Shown in pieces: positions 12,044-23,187 of a stretch of DNA of 32,000 bases. A program made the translations under genes and the position numbers. A model generated the notes under the pieces. It did not search any database, was not told the origin of the DNA, and saw nothing but the letters and a program-made list of their open reading frames with translations. The stretch is from NCBI RefSeq assembly GCF_001272835.1, contig NZ_CP010546.1, positions 722,809-754,808 of the forward strand. Direction: 5' to 3'. How positions within the stretch are numbered: position 1 is the first letter of the stretch; every line of letters begins with the position of its first letter. Origin of the DNA: Mycoplasmoides pneumoniae FH (GTDB taxonomy: Bacteria; Bacillota_I; Bacilli_A; Mycoplasmatales; Mycoplasmoidaceae).

Positions 12044-14023
12044 TTATTTAAATTGCTGGTTGCTAAAGTTACTGCGATATTTAAATTTGTACTGGTAACC
12101 TTCTGGAATTTTGTTGATCGTTGGTAGGTTTTTCACTGCACCAAAAAGTTGATCAACTACTTGGAAGTGCAAGTTTTCTGATTCATAACCGTCAACAATA
12201 AAATCCAAACTTAAAAAGTTAATGGTGTATTCGTTGGAAGCGTGTTGTTGTGGTGTCAAGTATTTTTCTCAAGTTTTGATATCAAACACATTGACATTGT
12301 TTTTAAGCAACGTAATTTCTTGCAAGGTATCACCAATTTTGACTTTAGCTAAAAGTTTGGCTCGTGCAAAAATAGTTTGCAACATCTCTGGTAAGTTCCT
12401 AATGAAGATAAGGTGTTCTTTATTGGTAGGCTCCATCCCTAATAAGTCATAGAGGTACTGCAAGCTAGCAAAATTAACGTTGCTGTCCTTGGACTTTAAA
12501 GAGTCAAACTTTTGTAGCGCTGTTGCTTTATCAGTAGCTAAATCAATCTCTTCGTTCAACTTACTAATTTGGGCAATCGCTTGAGTAAACTCCTTTTTGA
12601 ACATTATTTGTAATTGATCTTTTTGAGATAGATCTTTTTCATTAAATGTTTTGGACAGAGTATCCACTACCGAATTAGGGTCAAATTGTAATTGTGAAAG
12701 TCACAACCTAGAAAGTTGACTAAAACTAATAGGTGGTTTTAGATCTGCATTATGTTGTTCCACATAAAAGTCAACACCAAAGCGCTGAGCGTTTACTGGG
12801 ATAATTGGGGTGTATTTGAAAATGTCCCACTTATTGCTAAACAAACTTTGTTCCTCATCATCAGTTAATGGCTTTACTACAACGTTTTTACCCATATTCA
12901 AGATTGATTGGGTTACTTGGCGGTTTCTAGTAAAGGCTTCCATGATCTTACGATCTTTAATTACCTTATCTTTAAAACCATTGGAACTACTTCAATATGC
13001 ATTTGCTTGCTTGTTATCAATGGAAAATACTCAAGTTTCTTTTGGTAATACTGGCTCATTCCACTGAACATTATCTTGTTCAAATACTCTAGGTGTTTTA
13101 ATTAACTCCACCTCTCAAAAAACACGATAAATGTAAATGGGAGTTGATTCCAACCACCAGTTATTTCAAAGAGTGGCAATGAAAATATTGTTTGGTCTAT
13201 CTTCAAAGAAACCATCATTTTGTGTTATTGCATAGGCATTAAAAATAATAAAGTAATTGCCATTTTTTCCTTGTTTAATTCACTTAGCATTTTGAACAAT
13301 GTCATTTATGTTAGGTGACTTAACTGATAAGGAACGGTTCATAAAACCGAAAAAAACATTAATCCATTTAAAGTCTTTATTTCTATTCCATACAGGACTA
13401 AATAGCCTTTGGGTTTCTAAGTTATAAGGAATAGATCATCCTGCGTTTTTAGCTTCTTCGGCAGTTCGACCAGCGCTTAATGTCACATATTTATCATGCT
13501 GTGGATACCACGGGTCATTAATGCGAGATGGTCCAAAACCAGACTTACTATCATTGTGAAAGTGGAAATACTGAAGGTCGTGTATATCTGATTTAAAGGA
13601 GTTTCTAACTCCGGGATAGCTAAAAGTTTTGTTCCATGCCAAACTGCTAGTATAGCTACTTTCAATGCCTAAGTTAACATCTTTGATGTAATAGATATTG
13701 TTATACCAATTAAAGTTATTTTCTCTAAGCAATTGGTTATACCGGTCATAATAGCCATCCGCTAGCTGAGTTCAAAGGGTGGAATAGTTTCAACCAAAAG
13801 TAGTTTTGTTATTTGGTTTATAAATTAAAGGATTTTCGAAATTAAAGTCTTTACGGAAATAACTATCCTTTAATTTGATCCCAACAGTAAACCCTTGATT
13901 GTGGTGTGCTGAGTTAGAAATATACAAACTACTATCAACAAGATTTTTATCCAACGACGCGTTCGCTAAAAGAGTTGGGAACGCAACAAAACCTAATAAA
14001 GGTAAATAATGATATGAGCGCAT
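12044..14023 (-). CDS. N-terminal fragment ORF of the interrupted surface-protein gene, 659 aa
   Basis: Open frame with TGA=Trp, ATG 14023, TAA 12044-12046. Confidence 0.8.
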
Positions 14024-14075
14024 AATTAATTCACTTTTTCATCTATTAAATTGCTCAAAAAGGGAATTGACGCCA

Positions 14076-14169
14076 ATTTTTTAAAAGTTTTTATTTATCC
14101 GTTTTGACAACTGCTTTTTGTTATTTTTTAAAAGTTTTTATTTATCCGTTTTGACAACTGCTTTTTGTT
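14076..14169. repeat. Perfect adjacent tandem duplication, 2 x 47 bp (14076-14122 and 14123-14169)
   Basis: Both copies read ATTTTTTAAAAGTTTTTATTTATCCGTTTTGACAACTGCTTTTTGTT; offset exactly 47. Confidence 0.95.
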
Positions 14170-15172
14170 TGTGCGATTTCAAACTCTTTTTGCGCTTGTA
14201 AAAGTAAAAACTAAAAGCAACTACCACTAAAAACAGACTACTAGCAGCAATTACTAAGTAACCAATAAAATTGGTGTTTTTATTTTCACCATTATTTGGT
14301 TGAGCCTGTTTGGCGATTTTAAAAGTTGCGGTATTATCCTGCAGTTTAAGCGGAATCTTTTCTTTTAAGTACATCTGCTTACTTTGAAGAAATAACTGCA
14401 AGGTATCGAGCAATTTAGCTTGGTATCGTTGATCAGCAACAGACCAGATATACATGCCTAAATGCTTGTTGCGGTTAACAAGTTGTAGAGTGTTTGAATT
14501 TTTAATCACTAGTTCATAATCCAACTTAAATAATGGTTGTTCGTCAACCTTAACAATTACATTAAGTTCACTAGCTTTTGGATTAAATTCAACATCAAAA
14601 TCAAACGATTGATCTATTGACTTTGTAGTGAGTCTTATTTGTTTGGGAAAAGTTTCTATGTTAGTAGCTTGTTCATCAACCATTAAGTTCATGCCAACTA
14701 ATGCAAGGTTCAGTCTTCTTATTAAAAGTTGCTTATCAGCTAACGTTAAGGTAGAAACCAAATCTACTTGGTAATCGTTAAAGAAAGCAACGTTAGGCAA
14801 TTTGGGATCAAATTGATCTAATTCAATCCCGTCTACAATTACCTTAACTTTGTCATTGTTAGCTTGAAATCAAACGTCATTGGCATTCAAAGCAATTTTG
14901 TGTGTTCTCATTTGAAACAAGTAAGTACGAATTGTTGGAATCTTTGTTTCTTTTTTGAGAAAGTACATCTGGCCTTTAATAATTTCCCGATTGGAATCTG
15001 TGCCTCATTTAAAGAAATTATTGCTGTTAGTAATTTCTGCTGCAATATAGAAGATGCCCGTTTTAGGATTTGTCGGAATTAAACCAGGAATTAGTTCTTC
15101 AGGATTTTTAACTAATTTGATTGAATTTAAGGCAACAGTTAATGCCGTATCATCCTGAAATGAAAAAACCAT
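14138..15172 (-). CDS. C-terminal part of a second family member, with C-terminal TM anchor and basic tail, 344 aa from ATG 15172
   Basis: Track ORF 14138..14800 extended through TGA(Trp); aligns with the 11030-12043 region; TM segment FIGYLVIAASSLFLVVVAFSFYFYKRKK. Confidence 0.8.
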
Positions 15173-16112
15173 TTTTAATTACAAAAGCTATTTGGTTTTT
15201 CTGCTCTTCAGTCAATTCTTTATCTTGGATGTCTAAAACGCTAAACTCCTTGCCGTTATTAACGACGGGAATGCTAAAACGATATTTATTGAAATACTGT
15301 TCGTTGTAATTTGAGCGAAACCTTAAACGGTATTGAATGCCCTGGTTTGTTTTTTGAATGGTTGGTTTATTTTTAGCAGATTCAAATAAAGAAAACACAG
15401 GTAAATTCTTCGCTGTTCAACTAGGATATTGATCTGATATGAAATCAAAAGAGAGAAATTCAACTTCAAATAAATTAATGCTAATTTGATCTAAATTTAA
15501 GAATTGTTCAAACTGGCCTAGATTAAAAACGTTATTGTTGTTTTTAACTAAAGTAATCTTTCTTAATTGCCCACCCATCCTAACTTGAAAGTTAATGGAT
15601 GCAGACTCAAAAATTGTTTTTAAAAGCCTTGGTAAATCACGAACAAGACTTAATTCTTGAGGATCCCTAAAATCAAAATTTAGCAGTTTATAAAGGTAGC
15701 TTAGGCGTTCTCATTGCTGTTTTCGTTCAACATTTTTAAGCGTTAAGAAATTTTGTAAAACTGTATTTTTATCAATTGCTTGATCAACTAACTGATTAAG
15801 CTCTGTAATTTCTTGAATCGCTAAGGTAAATTCCCTTTTAAAACGTAATTTCAAAAGAGCTTTTTGGCCAAGCGTTCGGTTATTAAAGGTGATAGAAGTA
15901 TTATCAACTATTGAATCAGGGTCAAACTCTAATTGAACTAAAATAATTCGCGATAGCTGATTGAACTGAATAGGTGATTGATTTTCGCTCTCTACTAAAT
16001 TTTTTGTTAAGTAAAACGAGCTGTCAATTACATGTGAATTGATAGTTGCGCTAGAGAGCAACAGTGGGGTTAATGAAAAACCCATTAATTTTCAATATTT
16101 CAAAAAAGGCAT
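15108..16112 (-). CDS. N-terminal part of the second family member with signal-like start MPFLKYWKLMGFSLTPLLLSSATI, about 334 aa
   Basis: Frame open from ATG 16112 to TAA 15108-15110 (TGA=Trp; hand-checked 15399-15710); aligns with the 12044-12730 region of the neighbour; frameshifted relative to 14138..15172. Confidence 0.75.
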
Positions 16113-16197
16113 GGCAATCTTTACATTCAATAAATTGAACTAAAGTTTTTAACTTGCCAATTTTTAGAAAATTAGTGCTTTAAAGCTTTTTAAATTA

Positions 16198-17336
16198 CTA
16201 AGCTAATTGTTTGGAAAAGTGAGCAATCTTGCTAAAGATTAAATGGTAGTAATAATCCAATTGCTTTTTGCGCATTTCGATTTCAGCAGGAATACCTTCT
16301 ACTAAATCATTGCAAAGTTTTTCAAAGGCAAAGAGAATATCAGCAATCTTTTCTTGAATTTCTAGAGGTGGAAAAGAGAGTTCAATTTCAGCCATTACTT
16401 TTTGGCTTAGTTTTGGTCTTGAAGCTAGATTATGAACGAATTTTGGTGCTTCTATCTTTAATAAAAAGGATAGGAATTTGGTGCAGATTTTTTTATTTTT
16501 AACTTTTAAAACACCGCAATCTTGTGATGCATTAAACTTGCCATTACGATAAAAAACTACTCCAGCATAACCATTTGTAGTTCAAGTGATGTATTCACCA
16601 TCAAAGTCGCAATCTTTAATGCGTCCTAACTCACCATCATTTGTGGTAGCTGCGGAATAAACTGGATTTTCTCCAGGATTATTCCTAATATACGCTTTAG
16701 TGATCGCTCGACCTCTTCTAATTTCACAAATATCCTTTACTTGAAAAGTTTCGAAAGGTATATTTGCTCCGTAAATTTTTCGGATATTTTCTTGGTTGAG
16801 CAGATAATCGCGATAGAAGGCATACTGCTTCTTTCGCTCTCTTAGCTCGGCGCTTAGCTCGGCGCTTAGCTCGGCGCTTAGCTCGGCGCTTAGCTCGGAA
16901 AAGTATCTAAGATAGTAGCAATTTTCTCTTGAATTTGCAAAGGTGGGAAATCTAGCTCAATTTCTGCTAAAATTCCTTGCATTAATTTAGGAATAGGGCA
17001 AGCATAATTAACAAATTTAGGTGTTTCTAATCTAAGTGCATAAGCTAAAAACTTAGTATTAATTTCATCACTTTTTACCTTAAGAATTCCACAAACATTG
17101 GTTGCGTTAAATTGACCGTTACGATAAAAAACACTACCAGCTTGGGCTCCATCAGTTGTTCAAGTGACGTACTCTCCATTAAAATCACAATCCTTTATCT
17201 TACCGATTTCACCGTTATTAACTGTTGCTGATGAATAAACAGGGAATTCTCCTGGATTGTTTTTGATATATAGTTTGCTGATAACTCTACCGCGTTTAAT
17301 ATCGCAAATATCTTTGATTTTGAAACGTTTAATCAA
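16198..17336 (-). pseudogene. hsdS: Type I restriction-modification specificity subunit, two TRD halves, split by a frameshift near 16899
   Basis: 5' half 16890..17336 (TTG start, frame 0) and 3' half with stop 16198-16200 (frame 1); conserved text such as ICDIKRGRVISKLYIKNNPGEFPVYSSAT / ICEIRRGRAITKAYIRNNPGENPVYSAAT and IQEKIADIL; no hsdR/hsdM in window. Confidence 0.8.
16841..16898. repeat. Tandem 12-bp repeat (cttagctcggcg on + strand), about 4.8 units, encoding (SAEL)n in the hsdS central spacer
   Basis: Units start at 16841, 16853, 16865, 16877, 16889 (last is 10 bp). Confidence 0.95.
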
Positions 17337-17411
17337 CACAGTAAAACTTAATCTCCTTTAAGTTTAAAGATTAAGTGGGGAACTGGACAGCTCAAAGTTT
17401 ATTGAAAAAAA

Positions 17412-17810
17412 CTAACGCTTGGTAAATTGTGGAGCACGGCGGGCACCGTATAAACCGAACTTCTTCCGTTCTTTAACCCGCTTGTCACGGGTAGTTAGTT
17501 TCTTGGACTTGAGAATCTTTTTCAATTCTGGATTGAACTGTAAAAGCGCGCGAACAATTCCTAAACGAATTGCACCAGCTTGTCCGGTAAAACCACCACC
17601 TTTAACTACCACATTGATATCAAAGTTCTTTTTAAGATCAGTGAGATCTAAAGGTTGTTCCATGTCTTGGATCACTATTTTATTGGGAAAGTATTCACTA
17701 GGATCACGACGGTTAACAGTAATCTTACCCTTGTCTTGGGTAGGCGTTAGATAAACTTTAGCACTTGAAGACTTACGGCGTCCAAGTCCATAATAAGATT
17801 GTTTTTCCAT
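17412..17810 (-). CDS. rpsI: 30S ribosomal protein S9, 132 aa
   Basis: Full-length ORF; [12 protein letters not shown] start and [17 protein letters not shown]-terminus. Confidence 0.98.
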   Translation of the reverse strand: MEKQSYYGLGRRKSSSAKVYLTPTQDKGKITVNRRDPSEYFPNKIVIQDMEQPLDLTDLKKNFDINVVVKGGGFTGQAGAIRLGIVRALLQFNPELKKILKSKKLTTRDKRVKERKKFGLYGARRAPQFTKR

Positions 17811-17815
17811 TTATA

Positions 17816-18256
17816 TTAGCTTCAATTTAAAGTGGTAGGTTTTTGCGCTTCCATGTTGTGTTTATCACCTTTAAACACGTGTACCTTGGTGATTCAACGA
17901 CGGCTTAAACGGTTATCAGGTAACATGCCCTTAACAGCATTATAGACCAGTTTGTCGGATTGTTTTTTCAACATATCACGACCACTTACCTTCTTAATGC
18001 CACCAATGTATTGGGAGTGGTGGTACCAAAACTCGTTTTCTTTTTTATTGCCAGTCAACACAACTTGATCACTGTTAATAATGATCAAGTAATCACCACA
18101 ATCTTGGTTAGGGGTGAAATCAACTTTATTCTTGCCGCGAATAAGATCGGCCGCTTTAACCGCTAACTTACCGAGAACGAGCCCAGCAGCGTCGACAATA
18201 TACCACTGTCGTCGCTTGTTGGCCTGTTCTTTTGTTAGCATTGATGTTTTTTGCAT
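17816..18256 (-). CDS. rplM: 50S ribosomal protein L13, 146 aa
   Basis: Track ORF 17894..18256 extended through TGA(Trp) to TAA 17816-17818; [15 protein letters not shown] and [12 protein letters not shown]. Confidence 0.96.
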
Positions 18257-18286
18257 ATTAACAAAACTGCTTATTATTCTAATTTA

Positions 18287-20332
18287 TTACTTTTCTTCAT
18301 AAAGCCCTTTGAAGAACGTATCAGCGATCTCCTGTGCCGCTGTTTTTTGAGCTTTTTTAACAACGGTACTACTTAACTGTTCTAACTGTTGTAATTGCAA
18401 CACTTGGGGTTTATGCGTTAGTTGTTCCACTTTAGCTAGTACCTTAGTTTCATATTCACTCAAAGTAAAGGAACTCAAGAACAGGTTTTGTTGAAAAATT
18501 TCTAACAAGGTGGCTTGGGCAGTCGCTTCGGTAAGCGCTTCCTTTCACAACCTTGTTGCTATCTCTTTATCTTCGAAAATTAAGACTAAACCAAAGGGTG
18601 ATGCTGCTAGAACCTTAATAGCCTTACTTAAATCACTAGCGGTAAACTTATCGGAAAACTGCTTTAAGTAACTGCTGTCTTTAGTTTTTTCTGCTTGGGT
18701 GAACTCCCTTTTAAAGCTGTCCAATAACTGTTGGAAGTGGGCTACTAGTTTAGGATCATTGTGCCCATAAACAGAAACGGCAATCACAGCCCGGTTAAGT
18801 TTTATTGGGATGGAAACTGGGTTATTATCTGATGGTTCTATTAACTTAATAGGAGCAGGCTTGCTTACAGGCTGTATTAATTTTTTAACAGCGGGCTGAA
18901 AAAAATCAGTGTTTTCTACAGAAAGAGGTCTACGACCGCGTTTGCGTACCACCTCTGGTTTAATCGCTAACCCAAATAAATCAGTTGCTGGAGCTGGTGA
19001 AGTTTCTGTTGGTTGTTCTACTTCTGTAATTTCTTGCTGTGCTTCTGGTTGCACTATAGTTTGGGGTTGTTCTATTAGTTTAGAAGCAACAGGATCTTTT
19101 ACGAATGATGAAACTTTAGGTTCTTCTATTACTTTATAAAGAACAGGTTCTTTTGCTGGTAGTTGGGGCTTGGCCTCTTCTACAGTTTTTGAAGGAACGG
19201 GTTCTTTTGCTGGTGATTGAGTTTGTACCACTGGCGTATAAGCGGGTATGTGTGGCTCTTTGCTAACGGCATTTTTATAGTGAATCACAATTGCTTTAAT
19301 CTGATCACTTAAGGATAGTTGTGAAGGACCATAACCATTGTTAGCTTCAATTGCTTGAACCAAAAGAGCATACTGTTTGGGGTGAAAACGAAGCTTTGCC
19401 GCCATTGTTTGGTCGCTGGGTTTTACAACTGCAATTTGTCCCGTTTTGACATAACCATATAAATCAACTGTTAGGGCAAACAGTTCCCTGAGAAAGTGAA
19501 CAAAGTTAATCCCTTGACTTTCAAAGTTGTCAATTAAGTGAAAGGATTGTTTGAGATCACCACTTAAAACTGCTTCAATAAAACCAAACTTTTGTTCCTT
19601 GTCAAGCAGGTTAAAGGTCTTTTCAACATCAGCTAAACTAATGGTTTTACTTTCACTAAAGTTACTAATTTGGTCCAACAAGCTCAACCCATCACGCAAC
19701 GAACCTTGCGCTAAATCAGCTAGTTTGACCAAAGCATCAGTAGTAATCTTAATGCTTTCCTTAGCCGCTACTTCCGCTAACCGTTGCTGGATGAGATCGT
19801 TAGTAATTTGTTTAAAGAAGAAGCTTTGGCAACGCGACAAGATCGTGATCGGAATCTTGTTAAATTCGGTGGTGGCAAAAATAAACAAGACATAATCGGG
19901 TGCTTCTTCTAAGGTCTTTAAAAGCCCACTCCAAGATTGGGGGGTGAGCATGTGGGCTTCATCCAAAATGTAAACCTTCTTTTTGAACTTAAAGGGTAGG
20001 TTAAAGACATTTTCCGCTAGCTCCCTAATGTCGTTAATCCCGTTTTTGGAAGCAGCATCAATTTCAAACACATCAATCGCACTGTTGCTGTTAATCGCTT
20101 GGCATGCCTCACACTGGTTGCAAACATCGCCGTTCCAGTTTAAACAGTTAATGGCTTTGGCAATAATCTTGGCAAAGGTCGTTTTTCCCGTACCCCGCTC
20201 CCCCGCAAAGATGTAACCGTGGGGTAATTGGTCTTGGGTAATGGCATTAACAATAATGCGTTTAATGCTGTCCTGACCGACAGTATCGCTAAACTTGGTG
20301 GGACGGTATTTCTGGTAAAGGACCTTGCGCAT
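18287..20332 (-). CDS. dnaX: DNA polymerase III gamma/tau subunit, 681 aa
   Basis: Track ORFs 18287..18508 and 18545..20332 in one frame joined by TGA(Trp); VLYQKYRPTKFSDTVGQ, GERGTGKTTFAK, CNQCEACQAI zinc site. Confidence 0.96.
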
Positions 20333-20340
20333 GTTTAAGC

Positions 20341-23187
20341 TTACTTTAAGATTTTAGCGAGATACTGGGCAGTGTAGGACTTATCGACCTGATTTAACAG
20401 TTGTTCTGGTGTGCCTTGGGCAATAATTTGTCCACCTTTTTCCCCACCTTCAGGACCCAAATCAATGATGTAGTCCGCCATCTTAATAATATCTAGGTTA
20501 TGCTCAATAATAATGACACTATCACCGTTTTTAATAATCCGTTGGATCACCGTTAACAGCTTATTAATGTCTTCTATGTGTAGTCCCGTTGAAGGTTCAT
20601 CCAGGACGTACAAGGTTTTACCAGTTGCCTTTTTCTGGAGAAACTTGGCTAGTTTAATTCGTTGTGCTTCCCCACCTGACAAGAAGGTAACATTAAGACC
20701 TAACTGGAGGTATTCCAGACCGACATCACAGAGTAGTTTTAACTTTCTCGCAATATTCGGAATTGCTTTAAAAAAATCATAAGCTTCCTGACATGACATC
20801 TGTAACACATCAAAGATCGATTTGCCTAAGTACTTAACTTCCAGGGTTTGGGGATTGTACTTCTTGCCATCACACATTTCACACGTCACATAAACATCGG
20901 GTAAAAAGTGCATTTCAATCCGAATGACCCCATCACCAAAACACTTATCACAGCGCCCACCGGCTACATTAAAGGAAAAGCGCGAGTTAGTGTAACCCCG
21001 AGCCTTGGCTTCCTTAGTGTTGGCAAACAACTCCCTAATGTCATCAAATACACTGACATAGGTAGCGGGGTTAGAGCGGGGAGTGCGACCGATCGGATCT
21101 TGCGACACCACTACCACCTTATCAATGTGGTTGACCCCTATGATTTCCTTATAGGGTGCAGGTTTAACATTCTTATAGTTCACCAAGCGTTCCAAGATCG
21201 GTACTAAGGTTTGGTTAATTAAGGTTGATTTCCCTGAACCCGATACCCCGGTCACTAGTACTAATTTATTTAAGGGAATAGTGACATTAATGTTCTTTAA
21301 GTTGTTGCCCTTGGCTCCTTTTAAGGTTAAGGTGCGACCATTACCAGCATGCCGGGTTTTTGGTACCTCAATTTGCTTTTTGCCACTGAGATACTGTCCC
21401 GTTAAGGAGTCAGTATTTTCCATTACCTCTAGCGGTGTCCCAGCAGCTACTACTTCCCCACCTTGGTTACCCGCTTTAGGACCAATATCAATGAGGTAAT
21501 CAGCTGCTAGCATGGTTTCACTGTCGTGTTCTACCACGAGTAAGGTGTTGCCCAAATCCCGCATTACCATCATCGTGTTAATTAAGCGATCATTGTCCTT
21601 TTGGTGTAGCCCAATTGAGGGTTCATCCAAGACATAAAGGACGCCAGTGAGTTGCGAACCAATTTGGGTGGCTAAGCGAATCCGTTGTGCTTCACCACCT
21701 GACAGGGTAGAAGCCCGGCGCGCTAAGTTAAGGTATTCTAAGCCCACATTCTTCAAGAAGGATAAACGGTTAATAATCTCTTTAAGAGCTAACTCACCAA
21801 TCTTCTTCTGTTCTTGATTCAGTTCTATTTGCAACAAGAATTCAATTGCTTTATCAATCGAGAGTTCCGTAAAGCTAATAATGTCCAACCCACCTAACTT
21901 GACACTTAAAGAATTAGTAGTAAGCTTCTTGCCCTGGCACTTCTTACAGGTAATTTCAGACATGTAAGCCGAGTACCATTCACGACTGGCTTGACTACTA
22001 GTCTCTAAGTGACGGCGTTTAATTAAGTGAGCCACACCCTCATAGTGTTCAAAGCGCACATTTTTGGCACCTGAGTTTGATACTGTTTTAATCTCAATTG
22101 GTTCATCACTACCCTCCAAGATCATCCGTACTAAATCAGTATCCATTTGACCTAAGGGTTGGTCTAGGGGAATTTGATAGTGGTTAATTAAAGACAAGAA
22201 GCGCTGTCAATCTAGTGATGTACCGTGCACTATGTTCTTAAAGATGTCAATACCACCTTCATTGATGGACAACAACGGATTGGGAATAATCTTTTCCACA
22301 TCCGGTTCATAACTAAAACCTAAACCCTTACAGTACTCACACGAACCTAAAGGGGAGTTAAAGGAGAATAAGCGTGGCTCTAGTTCACTAATTGAAAAAC
22401 CACACTGATCACAACCGTGGTTCTTATTAAAACTAAGTATCTTACCATCTTCCAACAACACTTCAATCCGACCCTCAGTTAGTTTAATCACACCTTCAAT
22501 CGCATCAACAATCCGACCCAAGGTTTGCTTGTCTTGGTTAATGACAATCCGGTCCACTACCACACTCAAGTTGTGCTTGGTGTTCTTGTCTAACTTAATT
22601 TCTTCATCTAAGGTATAGACCTGACCATCAACCCAAACCCGGAGAAAGCCTAACTGTTGGTATTTAGCAAACTCATTAGCAAAGGTACCGCGTTGGTTTT
22701 TAATGGTAGGGGCTAAGATTTGAATCCGTGATTTAACCGGTAAGTTAAAGATCTGGTTGGCAATTTGGTTAACGGTTTGGGTTTGAATGGCACCATGACC
22801 ATTAGGACAAAAGGGTATACCAATCCGCGCTCACAGTAAACGGAGGTAATCGTAAATTTCCGTTACTGTTCCCACAGTGGAGCGGGGATTGTGTGAAGTG
22901 GTTTTTTGGTCAATTGAAATGGCTGGGGATAACCCTTCAATCGAATCTACATCCGGTTTATCACTGTTACCGAGAAACTGTCTGGCATATGACGAGAGTG
23001 ATTCCAAATACCGACGGCGGCCTTCCGCGTAAATGGTGTTAAAGGCAAGTGATGATTTACCCGAACCCGACAACCCCGTAATAACGACAAACTGGTTTTT
23101 GGGAATATCGATGTTTACATTCTTCAGGTTGTTTTCACGCGCGCCCTTAACGCGAATAAAATCATTAGTTTTTAGCTCTGGTTTCAA
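20341..23187 (-). CDS. uvrA: Excinuclease ABC subunit A, about 948 aa (TTG start at 23187)
   Basis: Track ORFs 20341..22197, 22207..22569 and 22831..23187 in one frame joined by TGA(Trp); [46 protein letters not shown]. Confidence 0.95.

Larger units (their letters stand above)
10877..14023 (-). pseudogene. Surface/secreted protein gene of a mycoplasma paralog family (MG032/MG096/MG288-like), interrupted by two in-frame TAA codons at 12044-12046 and 11030-11032
   Basis: One minus-strand frame (TGA=Trp) hand-checked across the gaps 12260-12268, 12668-12700, 12944-13435 and 13733-13789; signal-peptide N-terminus MRSYHYLPLLGFVAFPTLLANA; residual C-terminal TM segment after the second stop. Confidence 0.75.

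Noticed and set aside
16841-16898. Short repeats as a possible CRISPR array
   Set aside because: 12-bp units with no spacers, in frame inside hsdS and encoding SAEL; a coding VNTR, not CRISPR.
18287-20332. Possible programmed frameshift in dnaX giving tau and gamma
   Set aside because: The ORF is continuous and I did not find a convincing slippery heptamer plus structure; no support for two products.
20341-23187. Apparent fragmentation of uvrA, pstA, pstB, phoU, atpF, ptsI and others in the ORF track
   Set aside because: The breaks are TGA codons (tca on + strand for minus genes) in a single frame. The track used the standard code; these are Trp codons in mycoplasmas, not pseudogenes or frameshifts.
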